DNA from: Apteryx mantelli
Lineage: Eukaryota
NCBI RefSeq assembly: GCF_036417845.1
Contig: NC_089978.1
Coordinates: forward strand, 20,902,000-20,965,999
Length of the DNA stretch: 64,000 bases
Direction of reading: 5' to 3'
Made by a program: the position numbers and the translations under genes. The notes under the pieces are model-generated. The model saw only the letters and a list, made by a program, of their open reading frames with translations, was not told the origin of the DNA and made no database searches. Positions 1 through 11,205 of this stretch are shown here, one piece after another. Position 1 is the first letter of the stretch; the number at the start of each line of letters is the position of its first letter.

Positions 1-1202
1 AACAGCATTGGATCTTTGGGACCATTACCAATCTGTTCCTGAAAGCAAGAAATACTGCTGCTTTGCCTCTCCAAAGGTGCTTTGCTTAGTACATTTGCTC
101 AGTATAGACTTCCTTTCAGAAAATAAGTTAAGAAACTGTTATGCTGCCTGGTATTTGGTATGTGTTTATATGGAAAGTGGGTTTTGTTAAGTTTGCTGTT
201 GGTTTGTCATACCTGCAGATTTAATCAGTAAGTATGACCACCCTGATTTCATAGGACATGCCTGTGCTTTTCAGTCAAGCTTGGTGCAGAAGGCTGTGAG
301 TTGCCACTTGCCTGGTTATGTTAGCATTATGCCTAGTCCAAGCTAATAAGAATTGCCTTTCAGCAGGAAAACAGAGTCTGTTTTGAGAGACTTAAGAATT
401 CAGACTACTTAATTTATTCAGGAGAAGGGCAAGAGGTGATTTGGTGGAAAGTTTGGGGTTTTGTTTTCTTTTGTTTTTTAATGGTAAAAGACTTTCTAAA
501 CTAGTTTTTAAAAAAAACTTACAAGATAGGGACTAAAAGTTATATATTTTTCTTATAGTGAGGTTAAATACCATTGAAACAACTGGCTTAGGGCTTCGGT
601 ATGTAATCTTTACTGAAATCATCAAGAGCAACTCAGTTGAAACACAGAAACTCTGATTTTGTCTAGATTTAGTTGAAAGACTCCTTTTTTTCTGATTGTT
701 GATATTTCAGTTTATCAAGAGCTGCACTGACTACAAATCCAGCATGTTATAAATTCCAATATAAAATCAAGTGAATGATGTTATTGCATTATTGATCTTA
801 AGGTTTTGCATAACTTTTCAGCAAAAAGAAGCAATTCAATCTTGAAATTTTTATAGCTGTAATATTAAAATTTGAAAATGTATTAATATTTAGTTTTGTA
901 GCTGTCAGAAAATCTATTTTGGTAAAATAACTGGGATTATATGATCTGTTCGTTTTGCTGCTTTTCTGAAGAAATTTTAGATATTACACATTTTGAATAA
1001 AACCATTTTGTCTTCTGAAATGCTGTAACACCTCTTTAGTTCAGTACATGATGCTGATGTAAATAATTGAAGAAATTCTTATGTCAACTGCAGGTTGAAC
1101 TTCCATTAAAATTCATTCTCATATATGTAAAGTGATTTAGCTGCTGAGATCCACAAGAATGAGTAGGCAGAGCAGTACTGTGCTGTATGTATGAAATGAT
1201 TT

Positions 1203-1221
1203 TTGTTGTTGTTGTTGTCAT
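1203..1221. repeat. (TTG)n microsatellite
   Basis: Read directly from the sequence: ttgttgttgttgttgtc. Confidence 0.9.
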
Positions 1222-1232
1222 CGTTTTTACAG

Positions 1233-1388
1233 GGTAAAATTCTTTACAAAGTACGATGGAAGGGATACACCTCTGATGATGATACCTGGGAACCAGAGAT
1301 TCATTTGGAAGACTGCAAAGAAGTGCTGCTTGAATTCAGAAAAAAAATTGTGGACAATAAGCCTAAATCTGTTAAAAAAGACATACAG
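1233..1388 (+). CDS. MPHOSPH8: MPHOSPH8 coding exon (chromodomain, C-terminal part): GKILYKVRWKGYTSDDDTWEPEIHLEDCKEVLLEFRKKIVDNKPKSVKKDIQ
   Basis: Translation closely matches the human MPP8 chromodomain (…GKVLYKVRWKGYTSDDDTWEPEIHLEDCKEVLLEFRKKIAENKAKAVRKDIQ). The acceptor is tttttacAG|GG at 1231-1232 and the donor is CAG|gtgtgc at 1389. The exon is phase 0 at both ends. Confidence 0.9.
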
Positions 1389-1626
1389 GTGTGCTTCACC
1401 TTTTGGTATCATGTATTGAAGACATCTTCCCCATGTAGGCTCTGGGAAGGGGGGGAGGGAGAAGGAAAGGCATTGGATATGGAGTTAAAGAAGATTTAAA
1501 GAATCTCTGCAATCTGAAACTGTTTTGTGCTTCAGGTGAAACTGAACGCTGCTGCTGTTGTATGTTTAGGGAATTTGTTTGAATTGACAAGTTCGCTTGT
1601 AGACTCTAAAGCCGTCTCACCTTTAT

Positions 1627-1696
1627 TTCAGTGTTTAATGGGACTATGTAAATAATACACGGTCATTTTAAAATGGGACTATGTAAATAATATATG
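1627..1696. repeat. Tandem duplication of about 35 bp (aatgggactatgtaaataataYaYggtcatttta, two copies)
   Basis: Two adjacent near-identical copies (1627-1660 and 1662-1695) with two transitions between them, in the MPHOSPH8 intron. Confidence 0.85.
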
Positions 1697-2342
1697 GTCA
1701 TTTTAATTAGCGTTCCAACAATGTGAGCAGCCCCCTTTCCCTGTCCACATGCACACTGTTGTGTTACTGAAGCTGAGCACTTTGCTCACTTCCCCTTCCT
1801 GCTTCATGTGGAAGATGATTGATGGGTTTTTGCTTGTTAAACTTTGAAATAGATGAGGCAGAAATAAATAAAGAAAAATTAATTGCGAGAATAAGGCATG
1901 TAGCCTTTTTTTTAAACTGTTTGGTTAGCTTCAAAATCGTGATTAAGAATCTTTCTGAAAGCTTGTACCCTACTTCTGGGAAAGCTGTAGATATATTTTG
2001 CAAAATCAGGTTAATTGGTTTTGGTGTAGAAGAAAGTCAGATTTAGTTCTGTTCTGGTATCTGGCTCTGTTTGGTGTCTGATTGGTTTAGCTTGTTTGTG
2101 TTGATTCTGTTTCAAGTAGTTAGTAATGTGATTTAGATAAGTGAGAGAGAATTGTAATGTTTACGAATTGTACAATTTAGCAATGAGGAATGTTTGCAGT
2201 GTTTAAAGAGGTTGACTTTTTCCCATTACCATCACCACCTGTAATCTTCTTCTCCTTGGGTTTCATTTTTGTATAGTTTATACCTAAGTTATACATCTTA
2301 ATGGGGAAAGAAATCTTTTTTTTTTTTCCCCCTACATTATAG

Positions 2343-3197
2343 AAACTTCCTCTAAATGATGATGTATTTGAAGCAGAATCTGATAGTGACTGGCAAAGTG
2401 AAACAAAAGAAGATGTTTCACCAAAGAAGAAAAAGAAAAAGTCGAAAGATGGAGAGGATAGAAGCCCGGATGATCTGAGGAAGAAAAAGTCTAAGTCTGC
2501 AAAACTCAAAGAAAAACCCAAAATAGAATGTGAAAATTCTTCAGATAGTTTGGTTTCAGATTCAAAACCAAAAAAAAGGACTTCAGAAACCAGGGAGGAT
2601 TCAAAAGATCCAAAGAAGCAAAAGAAAGAAGATACTAAAGAAGTCAAGAAAAAGAAGGGAGAATCTAAAGATTTAAAAATAAAATCTAAAGAGGACTCTA
2701 AAGAAAATAAAAAATCACGGAAGGAGAAGCACGGAGACCTTCAGTTTGACTCAGAATCAAGTACTTTAGATGATGCGTTTTCTCAAGAAGCTGATAATGA
2801 AAATTCAGACTTACATTCTGAAAATAAAGAGGAGAAGCAAAAGGTAAGAAGCGGAAAGGAGAGGTTGGAACAAGAAATTGCTGAAAAAGATTCCGTTTCT
2901 GATAGGCATCTTGATGGATCAGCTAGTAATGAAGATGATAGTATTGAAGTTAAGGTTAAAAGAAAGAAGAAAAAACTTCATAAAGTTGAAGATTATAAAG
3001 AGGAAGGTAGAAAAGTGGAGACTAAGGATACCTACTTAGAGAAGAAAAGCATGCACAGAAGGCAAAAAAGTCAAGAAAAAGTAAAAATAGTCACTGCAGA
3101 CTTGGAGAAAGTGTCACCTGTTCCTGTTCTGGTGCAGAAGGGTTTAAAATTGGGCACTGATGAAAGAGGACGCAAGTCAACTGATTCAACTGGGGAG
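2343..3197 (+). CDS. MPHOSPH8: MPHOSPH8 coding exon: large K/E/S-rich low-complexity linker (KLPLNDDVFEAESDSDWQSETKEDVSPKKKKKKSKDGEDRSPDDLRKKKSK … STDSTGE)
   Basis: The acceptor is cattatAG at 2341-2342 and the exon follows KDIQ in phase 0. Its N-terminal part matches human RLSLNNDIFEANSDSDQQSETKEDTSPKKKKKK…SPDDLKKKK. An open frame of 855 nt runs through an internal in-frame GTAAGA at 2844. Downstream blocks are conserved (KERLEQ, KRKKKK, YLEKKS, LEKVSPVPVLVQKG versus human LEKLMPVSAQTPKG, and STDS). The donor is GAG|gtgagc at 3198. Confidence 0.8.
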
Positions 3198-6100
3198 GTG
3201 AGCAATGTTAATGCATTGGAGTGGGGGGAGAAAAGGAGAATGTTTAGATCAGGCAGATATTTGAGGGACATAAATACTTCAAAAGGCTACTGTTTCTGAT
3301 GGCAAAGAGAAAAATACAAATTGGAAAGTTTATGAGAAAGATAAAAGAAAGGCAAGGCCCACTGCACAGTCTATGAAGGAAACTGAAAAATTTCTGGATT
3401 CTGAACGCTATAAAGAAGGGAACACCTTAGGAGAGAAGTGTGTCTTTAAATATGGTCTGAATGGAGAGGAGGTATTGAAGAATAGAGGCACATTATGAAA
3501 GGTAATCTTAAAGTAGTATTCCAAAACCAAGCTTATATATAATCAAATTTCTTTTTTCTTTTTTTTGAGTATCCAGAAAAGTAAGAGTTTCTCCTGCTTG
3601 TTATGTGTACTTACTTAAAATGAAATTTATTGGTTCTGCAAATATGTACTGTTACTTTTAGCCTCTTGTCTCCCCTGCCTTCAACAATTGCTTCAGTTTG
3701 ACTTCTTTCTGCTTGTATAGTCCGCTTGTACGGTAAGGCATTCAGTCTTCTAGCGACTATTCATCCAGCGTTGCACAGTGAAGTGCGCTTCTGAGGTAAG
3801 ACGAACACCTGATCTTTCTCAAAAGCCAATCACTCAGCTAGCACCTACCTAAGAATTGGAATACTGAAATCACTTCTGAACCCAAGTCTCCCAGGTAATT
3901 GTGCAGGTGGCTTGTCTTGCCAGAATTTCTGTGGTGTACGTAAAAGATGCTTAGTTTCATGACTTGATTCTATATTAATTACAAATGCTCAACGGGATCT
4001 AAGAAATGAGCTAATCAATGATTGGAATACTTATTTTTCCTCACTGAGTACAGTATTGTTTTCAGAAAAACAGGGTGGTAAAAACAAAAGAAAAAAAGTG
4101 TAGATATGGAAAAAATTAAAGCAATATTTCTAGAACATTTCTGAGAAAAAGTTACTTTTGAAAAAAAAATTTTTCAGCTGCTTGAAAATGCTCTAACACA
4201 GTTTGCAGTTCCAACGATTTTGTTGGCTGCACAAAGGAAACCACTTTCTGACTTAAAACAGAATTGCAGCCAAAATGCCTTGAAATTCACTGGATTATAT
4301 TCTGCTTTTCCTGAGGTCATAATTCCATGGCAGCATGTATCTTATTTCTATAGGTTCAGCTGTGGTCCTCAATTAAGACTGTTGTATGTATAGAGAAGGC
4401 CAGATTAAGCAGGCCGCATTAAGCGTAAGCAGATTGATTTTGGATAGAGAATAGAAACACTACATGGAGCAATTTCAGAGTAGAACTACATAAAATATTA
4501 TTTTGCTGGAGCTTAGTGGTGAAAGCTCTTTTAAAAAAGGTTAAGCAATAGCTGTGAGGCGTAGCCATGTTTCAAAAAGTTATTTAAATAATTCTCTATT
4601 AATTCCTGAAATAGTATGGCCCTTTCTTATTCCAAGTATTTTTGTTATGGTTTGAGGCCATAGCATTCTTCAGAAATATAAATCGGTGATGATAATCAGA
4701 TACATCTTTGGAGATCTATTTACCAGTGATATAAAAATCCTGTCTCCCCAAACATGAAGAAATCAGATGAAAATGTGTCTGCATATCGCTTTTCAGCTAG
4801 TGCTGTCAGTAAGCTGTAGGTCTGTCTTACAGCTGCATTTCTGGTGCTCTTGTAGATTGGAGGTACCAGGGAAACAGAAGACAGTCTGCTCTTTGCTCAG
4901 TTTCTATAGGAGACTCAAACGAAGTTTTCTGTAACTGGTTAGTTATTCTCCAGAGTAGCTGTGAACCCATTATGGTGGTGGGTTTGGTGGGCGACTTAGG
5001 GGTGTGGGGTGTTTTGTTTGTTTGTGGGTTTTTTTGGCTTCACTAAGTTGTTGTCACAAATACATTATTTCTTCCAGGTATTATCATTTCACGTGTTTCA
5101 ACTACCTGTCCTTCCTTATTTAGCTGACTACAGAACACTGTCATGACAATTTACAATATAACGTTCTCTGGAGTCATTACATATGTTGAAGCTTTCCCTT
5201 TGATTTGGCTCCAAAAATAAACATGTAGGGTATATTGTGAATCTAATCAATATCTAAAATCTGGAATAGAAGATTACTGTTTTTAACAGCTCTTCTGCTT
5301 AGTAAATATCTGGTAATCCCTTTGGTGAATTTTTATCTCCTAATTACTGAGCATCTGCAGGGAATAACAGCTGTCTGTGCTACTAGTTAACCATGTTAGT
5401 GATCAAAAGCTGGGCTTTTGGGTGGGAGTGCAGAAAAGGATTAAATGTCTCAGCTCTGCTAACACGTTATGCTATATTAAATTCTTCTTCTGTTTTAATT
5501 CAAGTTTGTCCTGTGTCTAGAAAATGGTAGCATTTAATCATAAATTCATAGTCTGTAGATCTTGTGGGTTTCTTTTGGTGGTGGTTTTTCACAAAGCGCA
5601 TGCAGTACCACATAGCAGGTAGTGTCGAGCTGATACAAAGCCCTGTGCCACTTTCTCTGCAGTTTGAAATTTGCCAGCTGAATATAGAAAATGGATTATA
5701 GGAACAGAAGGGCAACTCTTAGTGGAGGCAGTTGAGTTTTATTCTGGTGGATTTGATTATATCCCCACATCTGCCATGAAGTTCTTCTGTGATATGCGAT
5801 ATTGCTAAACTCAGTCGCTGTGTGGATGTAATATTTTTTGATGGATTTTGTCTGACTGTCTCTTTTTAACAAATTACTGTTGCCATAATTTTCTGCATGT
5901 GTAAGTTGGGAAACCTAGAACCTTGTGTGTACAAATACAGAGTTTTCTCAGTTACAGTTGAAGTCAGTGCTATCATAACTGCTTTGAATACAGTGCTGTG
6001 AAGGTGCTAAATACTTTTAAATAATTCTGTTCTCTTCGGGTTAAGCATTCAGAACAAATAAGTTCATAATTTTGAATTTTCTTCTAGTAAATAAATACTT

Positions 6101-6669
6101 GCAGTCACTTAAATATTTCAGATATTTATTCATGCTTCCTTATTTTGTAGCCTTGGTATGATGGGATTTCAGTTATCTTGGTTATAATAGAGAGAATACT
6201 ACTAACAGGCAGTACTAGTTTCTGCCTGCTAACTATTCTCATGTGAAGCTACAACTAACATTTAAGACCTATGATGTTAAATAGGATAGGGTTCCTGTTG
6301 TTTTTTGTCTTTGCAGATTTTTTTATCTCAATTTGGCAAGTTGTAATGTAGTCTAATTTTAAATGTAAGCTGTTCTGGGCATATTTGCGTCTCATGCCAT
6401 AAAGCACCTTGCATGGCTGGGATGCTGTAAAAGTAAGAATTGAAGCTCTATCCTTTTATTTTAGAAATAGCGTCTGTTCTCTTACTTAAGAAGCCTTCAC
6501 AGAATAATTCCCCTGTGACCAGTTTAATTCTTGGGCATGTCCACAAGTGTGTTACGTGCAGTTTTGAGTAGTACTAATTCTAAGTATATGGTCTCATTTG
6601 AGTGGTGAAAGAAGGTTCTTTTTAATTTTCTCTCTACCACTTTAATCGTTTTTTTTTTTTTAATGACAG

Positions 6670-6766
6670 GAGAAAGAAGTAAAGAAAAATGAAACAAAAG
6701 AAAAATCCCAAAAAAAAGAGTCTGAGAAAGAAGAAAAGAGCAGAAGAGAACAAAAGGGCCTAAAAA
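6670..6766 (+). CDS. MPHOSPH8: MPHOSPH8 coding exon: EKEVKKNETKEKSQKKESEKEEKSRREQKGLK
   Basis: The acceptor is gacAG at 6668-6669 and the donor is A|gtaagt at 6767. Translation matches human EEDKETKRNESKEKYQKRHDSDKEEKGRKEPKGLKT. The exon is 97 nt, running from phase 0 to phase 1. Confidence 0.8.
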
Positions 6767-7887
6767 GTAAGTGCCAGTTGCTTAAAAGAGAGAAGGGAAA
6801 GACCATTCAGGACATACTCCTCTTATTTCTACAAGAGCAGAATAGCGTGTTTCTGTAACACACATCAGAAGCAACAATTTCAGCTTTTATTTTTAGGAAG
6901 CAAAAGTCTGCTATTTAATGGCTTTGTTGGTGTATTGAGAGTATGAAGCATGAAAGTATATAGAAATCTCTAGAGTTTTCATAGACAAACTCAAGTTTTT
7001 TCCCTTTTTCATTTGGTATTGTCAACTATGCTTCCATACTATGCTGGTAATAGTAATCTTTTAGGAGGAATTCATCTAACTCTCTCAACCGTTTTCAGTA
7101 GTGTTTTGATAATACTACGAATATGCACTTTGTATGATTAGAGAAAGTAGCTTCCCTTGAGACAGGTTTCTTGCCTCCTGCTTTAGCCATGAGGATGAGT
7201 TATGTTGTACAAGCCTTACAATATCACCAAAACAAGATGCTTTGAAACATGAAGGAAAATGCCTAGGTTTCATGCATTTTACTTCTATTTTAAGTAATAT
7301 AATGGAGTATTAATGGTACCGCTTCTGACCCCAGTAAAATTCTGGGTGATTTTATTCAGGATAAATTTTCTCACTACTCTGACGATGACCTGAGGTGGTG
7401 ACTAGGTAGCTCCATCTTTGATTATGAATGGATGTAGGAGGAACTATGGTTTGTCAAATAGCTAGTATTAGAGAAATATCTTTGACTTAAAGTAGGATAG
7501 ATATTTACAATGCTTAAAAAAGAAGTAACAAACAGATTGAGTAATTATTGTTCTTTACATAGCATGTGTCCTTTGTACATTTATCAGAAATATTGAATGG
7601 TATTTTCAAAGTAGTGATTTATGCATAATTCTAAATTATTTTTTTTCTTTTAAAGAGAAGATGGTACTGTGTTCAAAGCAATCAACTCAAGAGTTGCCAA
7701 GGTAGCCGAGGGCAAACTAGCTCTCACTCATTCTGGTTTAAGCTGTTAAGCTTACTGCTGTGCTTAAACGATGATTAACCTCTGAAAAGGAAATAGACTT
7801 TTTTTAATGGAGTCTAGTCATTTACTCAGTTATGTAATAGTGACTCAAATAATCACTCTTGGTATCTGTCTTTAAACTGTATTCTAG

Positions 7888-8139
7888 GCTATAAGGACAT
7901 CAAAAGTGCGTTTGACTTGTTTAATGTAGCTTCAGAGGAAAAAAACGAGTATTCTGAGAATAACCGTAAAAGAGAAGAATCTTGTCTAGACTATAAATTT
8001 GTGGAAGAACTAAAATCAAAAGACAGCAAGGTGTACAAGGAAAGGAGGAGTATAAGAGACGAGACAGATACATGGACTTACATTGCTGCAGAAGGTGATC
8101 GAGAAGTAGTGGATGTGTGTCAAATGGAGGAGAACTCTG
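7888..8139 (+). CDS. MPHOSPH8: MPHOSPH8 coding exon: (S)YKDIKSAFDLFNVASEEKNEYSENNRKREES…KERRSIRDETDTWTYIAAEGDREVVDVCQMEENS
   Basis: The acceptor is ttctAG at 7886-7887 and the donor is G|gtgagc at 8140. Translation matches human LKEIRNAFDLFKLTPEEKNDVSENNRKREE…KERRNTRDETDTWAYIAAEGDQEVLD…ENS. The reading frame is continuous with the flanking exons. Confidence 0.9.
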
Positions 8140-8382
8140 GTGAGCAGTAGAAACAAATCTAAGGGAAAGCTGAGCACTTGCATTAATTTTTTTTTCTCCG
8201 TTGCATCTTTTGGTGCTCCAATTCTTGTCTCCCAGGAGGCTAAAACAATGTTTTCTTTTAAAACTCGCTGATAATTTTTCCAAGTATGCAGCATGCTTTT
8301 GCTATTACAGTAATGGAGTGTTTCATCTGTGAACACTTCAGCCTAATCTCTTAGACCAAATGAATGGTGCGTGGGTTTTTTT

Positions 8383-8400
8383 GTGTGTGTGTGTGTGTTT
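8383..8400. repeat. (GT)n microsatellite
   Basis: Read directly from the sequence: gtgtgtgtgtgtgtgtgtt. Confidence 0.9.
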
Positions 8401-8651
8401 AAGCAAAAACTTACTGTTGGCAGTAGCAGCCAACAGTAACTTGTGTTAAAGAGACTTAAAACACAAGAAAAAATAATGTAGCCTTCATTGTTGGAGCCTT
8501 TCCACACTGACTTTCAGAGTCAATTTGAATGAAAAAAAGTATGTTGCACTGCTGATCATTGAAGGGATGGCAAGCAGTGAATGAGTTGGCAATTTATTAG
8601 TTACTTGTTACTTATTTTATGGTTTTCTTCCATAAAATCAAATACATGATA

Positions 8652-8774
8652 GATGGCAAGCAACAAGTCTTGAGTTTGGGTATGGACATGCAGTTAGAAT
8701 GGCTGACACTAGAAGACTTTCAGAAGCATCTTGATGGAGAAGATGAGAATCATGTCTCAACAGAACCGATATCA
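8652..8774 (+). CDS. MPHOSPH8: MPHOSPH8 coding exon: DGKQQVLSLGMDMQLEWLTLEDFQKHLDGEDENHVSTEPIS
   Basis: The acceptor is gatAG at 8650-8651. Translation matches human DGRQQILSLGMDLQLEWMKLEDFQKHLDGKDENFAATDAIPS. I chose the donor CAA|gtagtg at 8775 (phase 1), because this is the one that gives in-frame …PISTLLRDAV with the next exon. An alternative donor lies 4 nt downstream. Confidence 0.8.
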
Positions 8775-8864
8775 AGTAGTGAGTAGTTGCTGGGAGGAAG
8801 GGACATTTCTTATCTGACGTTTCAAAGAGAAATATCCTATATCTGCATTAAATTTATTTTACAG

Positions 8865-8953
8865 CTCTCCTGAGGGATGCTGTTAAAAATGGAGATTATA
8901 TGACAGTGAAGATGGCACTTTCTTCAAATGAAGAATATAATCTGGATCAAGAG
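8865..8953 (+). CDS. MPHOSPH8: MPHOSPH8 coding exon: (T)LLRDAVKNGDYMTVKMALSSNEEYNLDQE
   Basis: The acceptor is tttacAG at 8863-8864 and the donor is GAG|gtaatt at 8954. Translation matches human NVLRDAVKNGDYITVKVALNSNEEYNLDQE. Confidence 0.9.
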
Positions 8954-10160
8954 GTAATTATTCTGAGAGGAGGAAAAATATATTTAAAACATACTAAATT
9001 TGTATTGTATTTTTTCAAAGTTTTTCCCCTCTCTTTTGCAAGGAGCAGATTTCTGTCTCACCTTGTGAACACAAGCACAAGAGAAAAGGCAGTATAGAAT
9101 TTGAGGCTTCAATATTTGTTCCCCATTTCTTCTAAAGAAAAAGTAAAGCTTGACAGGAGTATCTCAGTAGCCAGATTAGCAACAGACTTGCCTGCTGGAT
9201 TTAACCGAATATTAAATGTAGAACTGTACATGGTATGAGGTATGATGAAATCTGACAGGTCAAGTGGCTAAAATATAAAAATATCTATACAAGCAAACAA
9301 AAATAGAATGTTCTATTTGGCTGGCTTGGACCACTTCACTCCATTTGAAATTTGATTTCTCCTAGTTCTACATCTGAGCTGTGCTCTAATTGTTTTTTTT
9401 TTTTCTTTCAAGGATCTTTTGAGATCCTTCCAAAGGAAATTTTGAGAATTAAAATCTCTTATACTAGGATTTTTACTGCTGATCTTGTTTACTTGTACTA
9501 TGTAGCATTTTGACCATAAATTATGCTAAAACTTCTGTTGGGTGGTAGAAAAGGTGATGCCAAGTGAAGTATTGAGGCAAGTGTGTGTGTTTTGGATTGT
9601 AATATCTGGTGGAAAATGCAAGAATAACTAAGAAGACTGGCCACTCAGAGAAATCTCTTCATATTTATACTTAGATTAAATCTGAAAGCAGCTTTGTGCT
9701 TGTAGCTGGCTTAAGCCCACAAAAACGGAATAAAATATTTTGTTTCTGAATGTAGAGTAGCTAAATAGACGTTTTCTTTTTTTTTTCTGGTTTTAAATAA
9801 ATTTGAGCTATTGTCTCCATAGAGATCAAGGAACGGAGACATTTTTGTGGGTTTTTGTTTTCTTTTCTTGGACGGTTGCCAGTTCTTTTACATAGTCTTG
9901 TGGTTTTCCCACCCTCAGATACCATTCTGATCTTCCTTCTTGTTGCTCTGTTCCTCAGAACATTAGGTGTTTTGCAGGTTATGGAGCTCACAGCCTATGG
10001 AAGAAGAGAAGTAGGAGCTGATACATTGTCAGTGTCTTGTAGTTATGTATGTGTGAATTCTTCTGTAGGGAAGGACCTCTTTGGTTTGTTTTTTGGTGAA
10101 ATCTCTTGACACATTTGCAGTTTGTTCTGCAGCTTTGATTTATGACAATTGTTGTTGCAG

Positions 10161-10301
10161 GACTCAAGTGGAATGACCCTAGTAATGCTTGCTGCTGCAG
10201 GTGGGCATGATGACCTTCTCCGGGTCCTAATCAGAAAAGGAGCTAAAGTGAATGGTAGACAGAAAAATGGAACAACTGCATTGATACATGCAGCTGAAAA
10301 G
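10161..10301 (+). CDS. MPHOSPH8: MPHOSPH8 coding exon (ankyrin repeat 1-2): DSSGMTLVMLAAAGGHDDLLRVLIRKGAKVNGRQKNGTTALIHAAEK
   Basis: The acceptor is gttgcAG at 10159-10160 and the donor is AAG|gttggt at 10302. The translation is near-identical to the human MPP8 ankyrin repeats (DSSGMTLVMLAAAGGQDDLLRLLITKGAKVNGRQKNGTTALIHAAEK). Confidence 0.92.
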
Positions 10302-10370
10302 GTTGGTTTCTTTGTCATATTTATAGTTCTTGGCTCTTGCATTTGCTTTTAAAAGTGGTACTGAATTTAG

Positions 10371-10396
10371 ATCCCTCCCCTCCCCCTCCCCCCACC
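10371..10396. repeat. Polypyrimidine (C/T) mirror-repeat tract: tccctcccctccccctccccccacc
   Basis: A homopyrimidine run on the + strand. It has potential to form H-DNA or a triplex. It lies in the MPHOSPH8 intron just past the exon 10161-10301. Confidence 0.7.
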
Positions 10397-11118
10397 TTCT
10401 TGGATAAGGCCTAAAACGTAGGCAGCTGGACACAGCAGGGTGACCTAAATGGCATAATTTAGATGGCTGTGGTTACTGTAGCGTAAAAAAACTCAGAGTT
10501 GCCTTGTAGGTGATCCCAAAACCCTATCCTGAGGAGGCTAGCTAGAAGGAAACACGAGGCAAATGATCTCTCTGAATTTATGCCTATCTTGGGGGCTTGA
10601 AGGTCTTTAGAACTGCTGATTACATTTTCTGGCTACATGGGATCTGAACTGATTTGAGAGCAAATCTCTGATTAAGCAGGGTTTAGTACTTGCGAGTAGG
10701 GGGATAGAGATGGTGGTCGGTCCTTCTCAAATTAAGACCAACTTGACTGCTGAGTTAAGGATGTTTCATGGAGTGTACTTTTGTTGTTCAGGTTGGTTCA
10801 TTTTTTCTTATGAGTACAGGAAATAAAAGGCCAAAAGGGAGCTTGATTCCAGTTCAGTTATTAGGGCAGATCTACTGTCGTCTTTCTGGGCGTTTCTTAT
10901 TACAGGATTTAGAAAAAGGTAAGAATTGTAGATACGCAAGGCTTTCTACTTGCCCAAGTATAAATTGCTCTTCATGAGCAATAAGAGAGAACAATGTTAA
11001 TTGTGTCATGCTTCACATTTTGGATTTTACTGATGGATTTTAAATAAAGGTTTTCTTATAGTCTGAAACCAAAACAAAATATTCTATACTTACTTGTGTT
11101 ATGGTTTTGTTTTTTAAG

Positions 11119-11205
11119 AATTTTCTAACCACAGTAGCTATTCTTCTGGAAGCTGGGGCATATGTGAACATGCAGCAGAGCAGTGGTGAAACTGCCTTAA
11201 TGAAG
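11119..11205 (+). CDS. MPHOSPH8: MPHOSPH8 coding exon (ankyrin): NFLTTVAILLEAGAYVNMQQSSGETALMK
   Basis: The acceptor is ttttaAG at 11117-11118 and the donor is AAG|gtaaat at 11206. Translation matches human NFLTTVAILLEAGAFVNVQQSNGETALMK. Confidence 0.92.

Noticed and set aside
1227-1590. Minus-strand ORFs (61 aa and 64 aa) overlapping the chromodomain exon
   Set aside because: They are antisense to a well-supported MPHOSPH8 coding exon and to intron sequence, and they have no features of real genes.
2177-2647. 156-aa minus-strand ORF rich in S, F and L
   Set aside because: It is the antisense reading of the K/E-rich MPHOSPH8 linker exon. Poly-AAG and GAA sense codons give open TTC and CTT antisense frames. 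It has no homology and is a compositional artefact.
7921-8336. Minus-strand ORFs of 120 aa and 106 aa
   Set aside because: They overlap the antisense of MPHOSPH8 exon 7888-8139 and the adjacent intron. The ORF track uses TTG/GTG as starts and a prokaryotic-style cutoff, which is not meaningful in vertebrate DNA.
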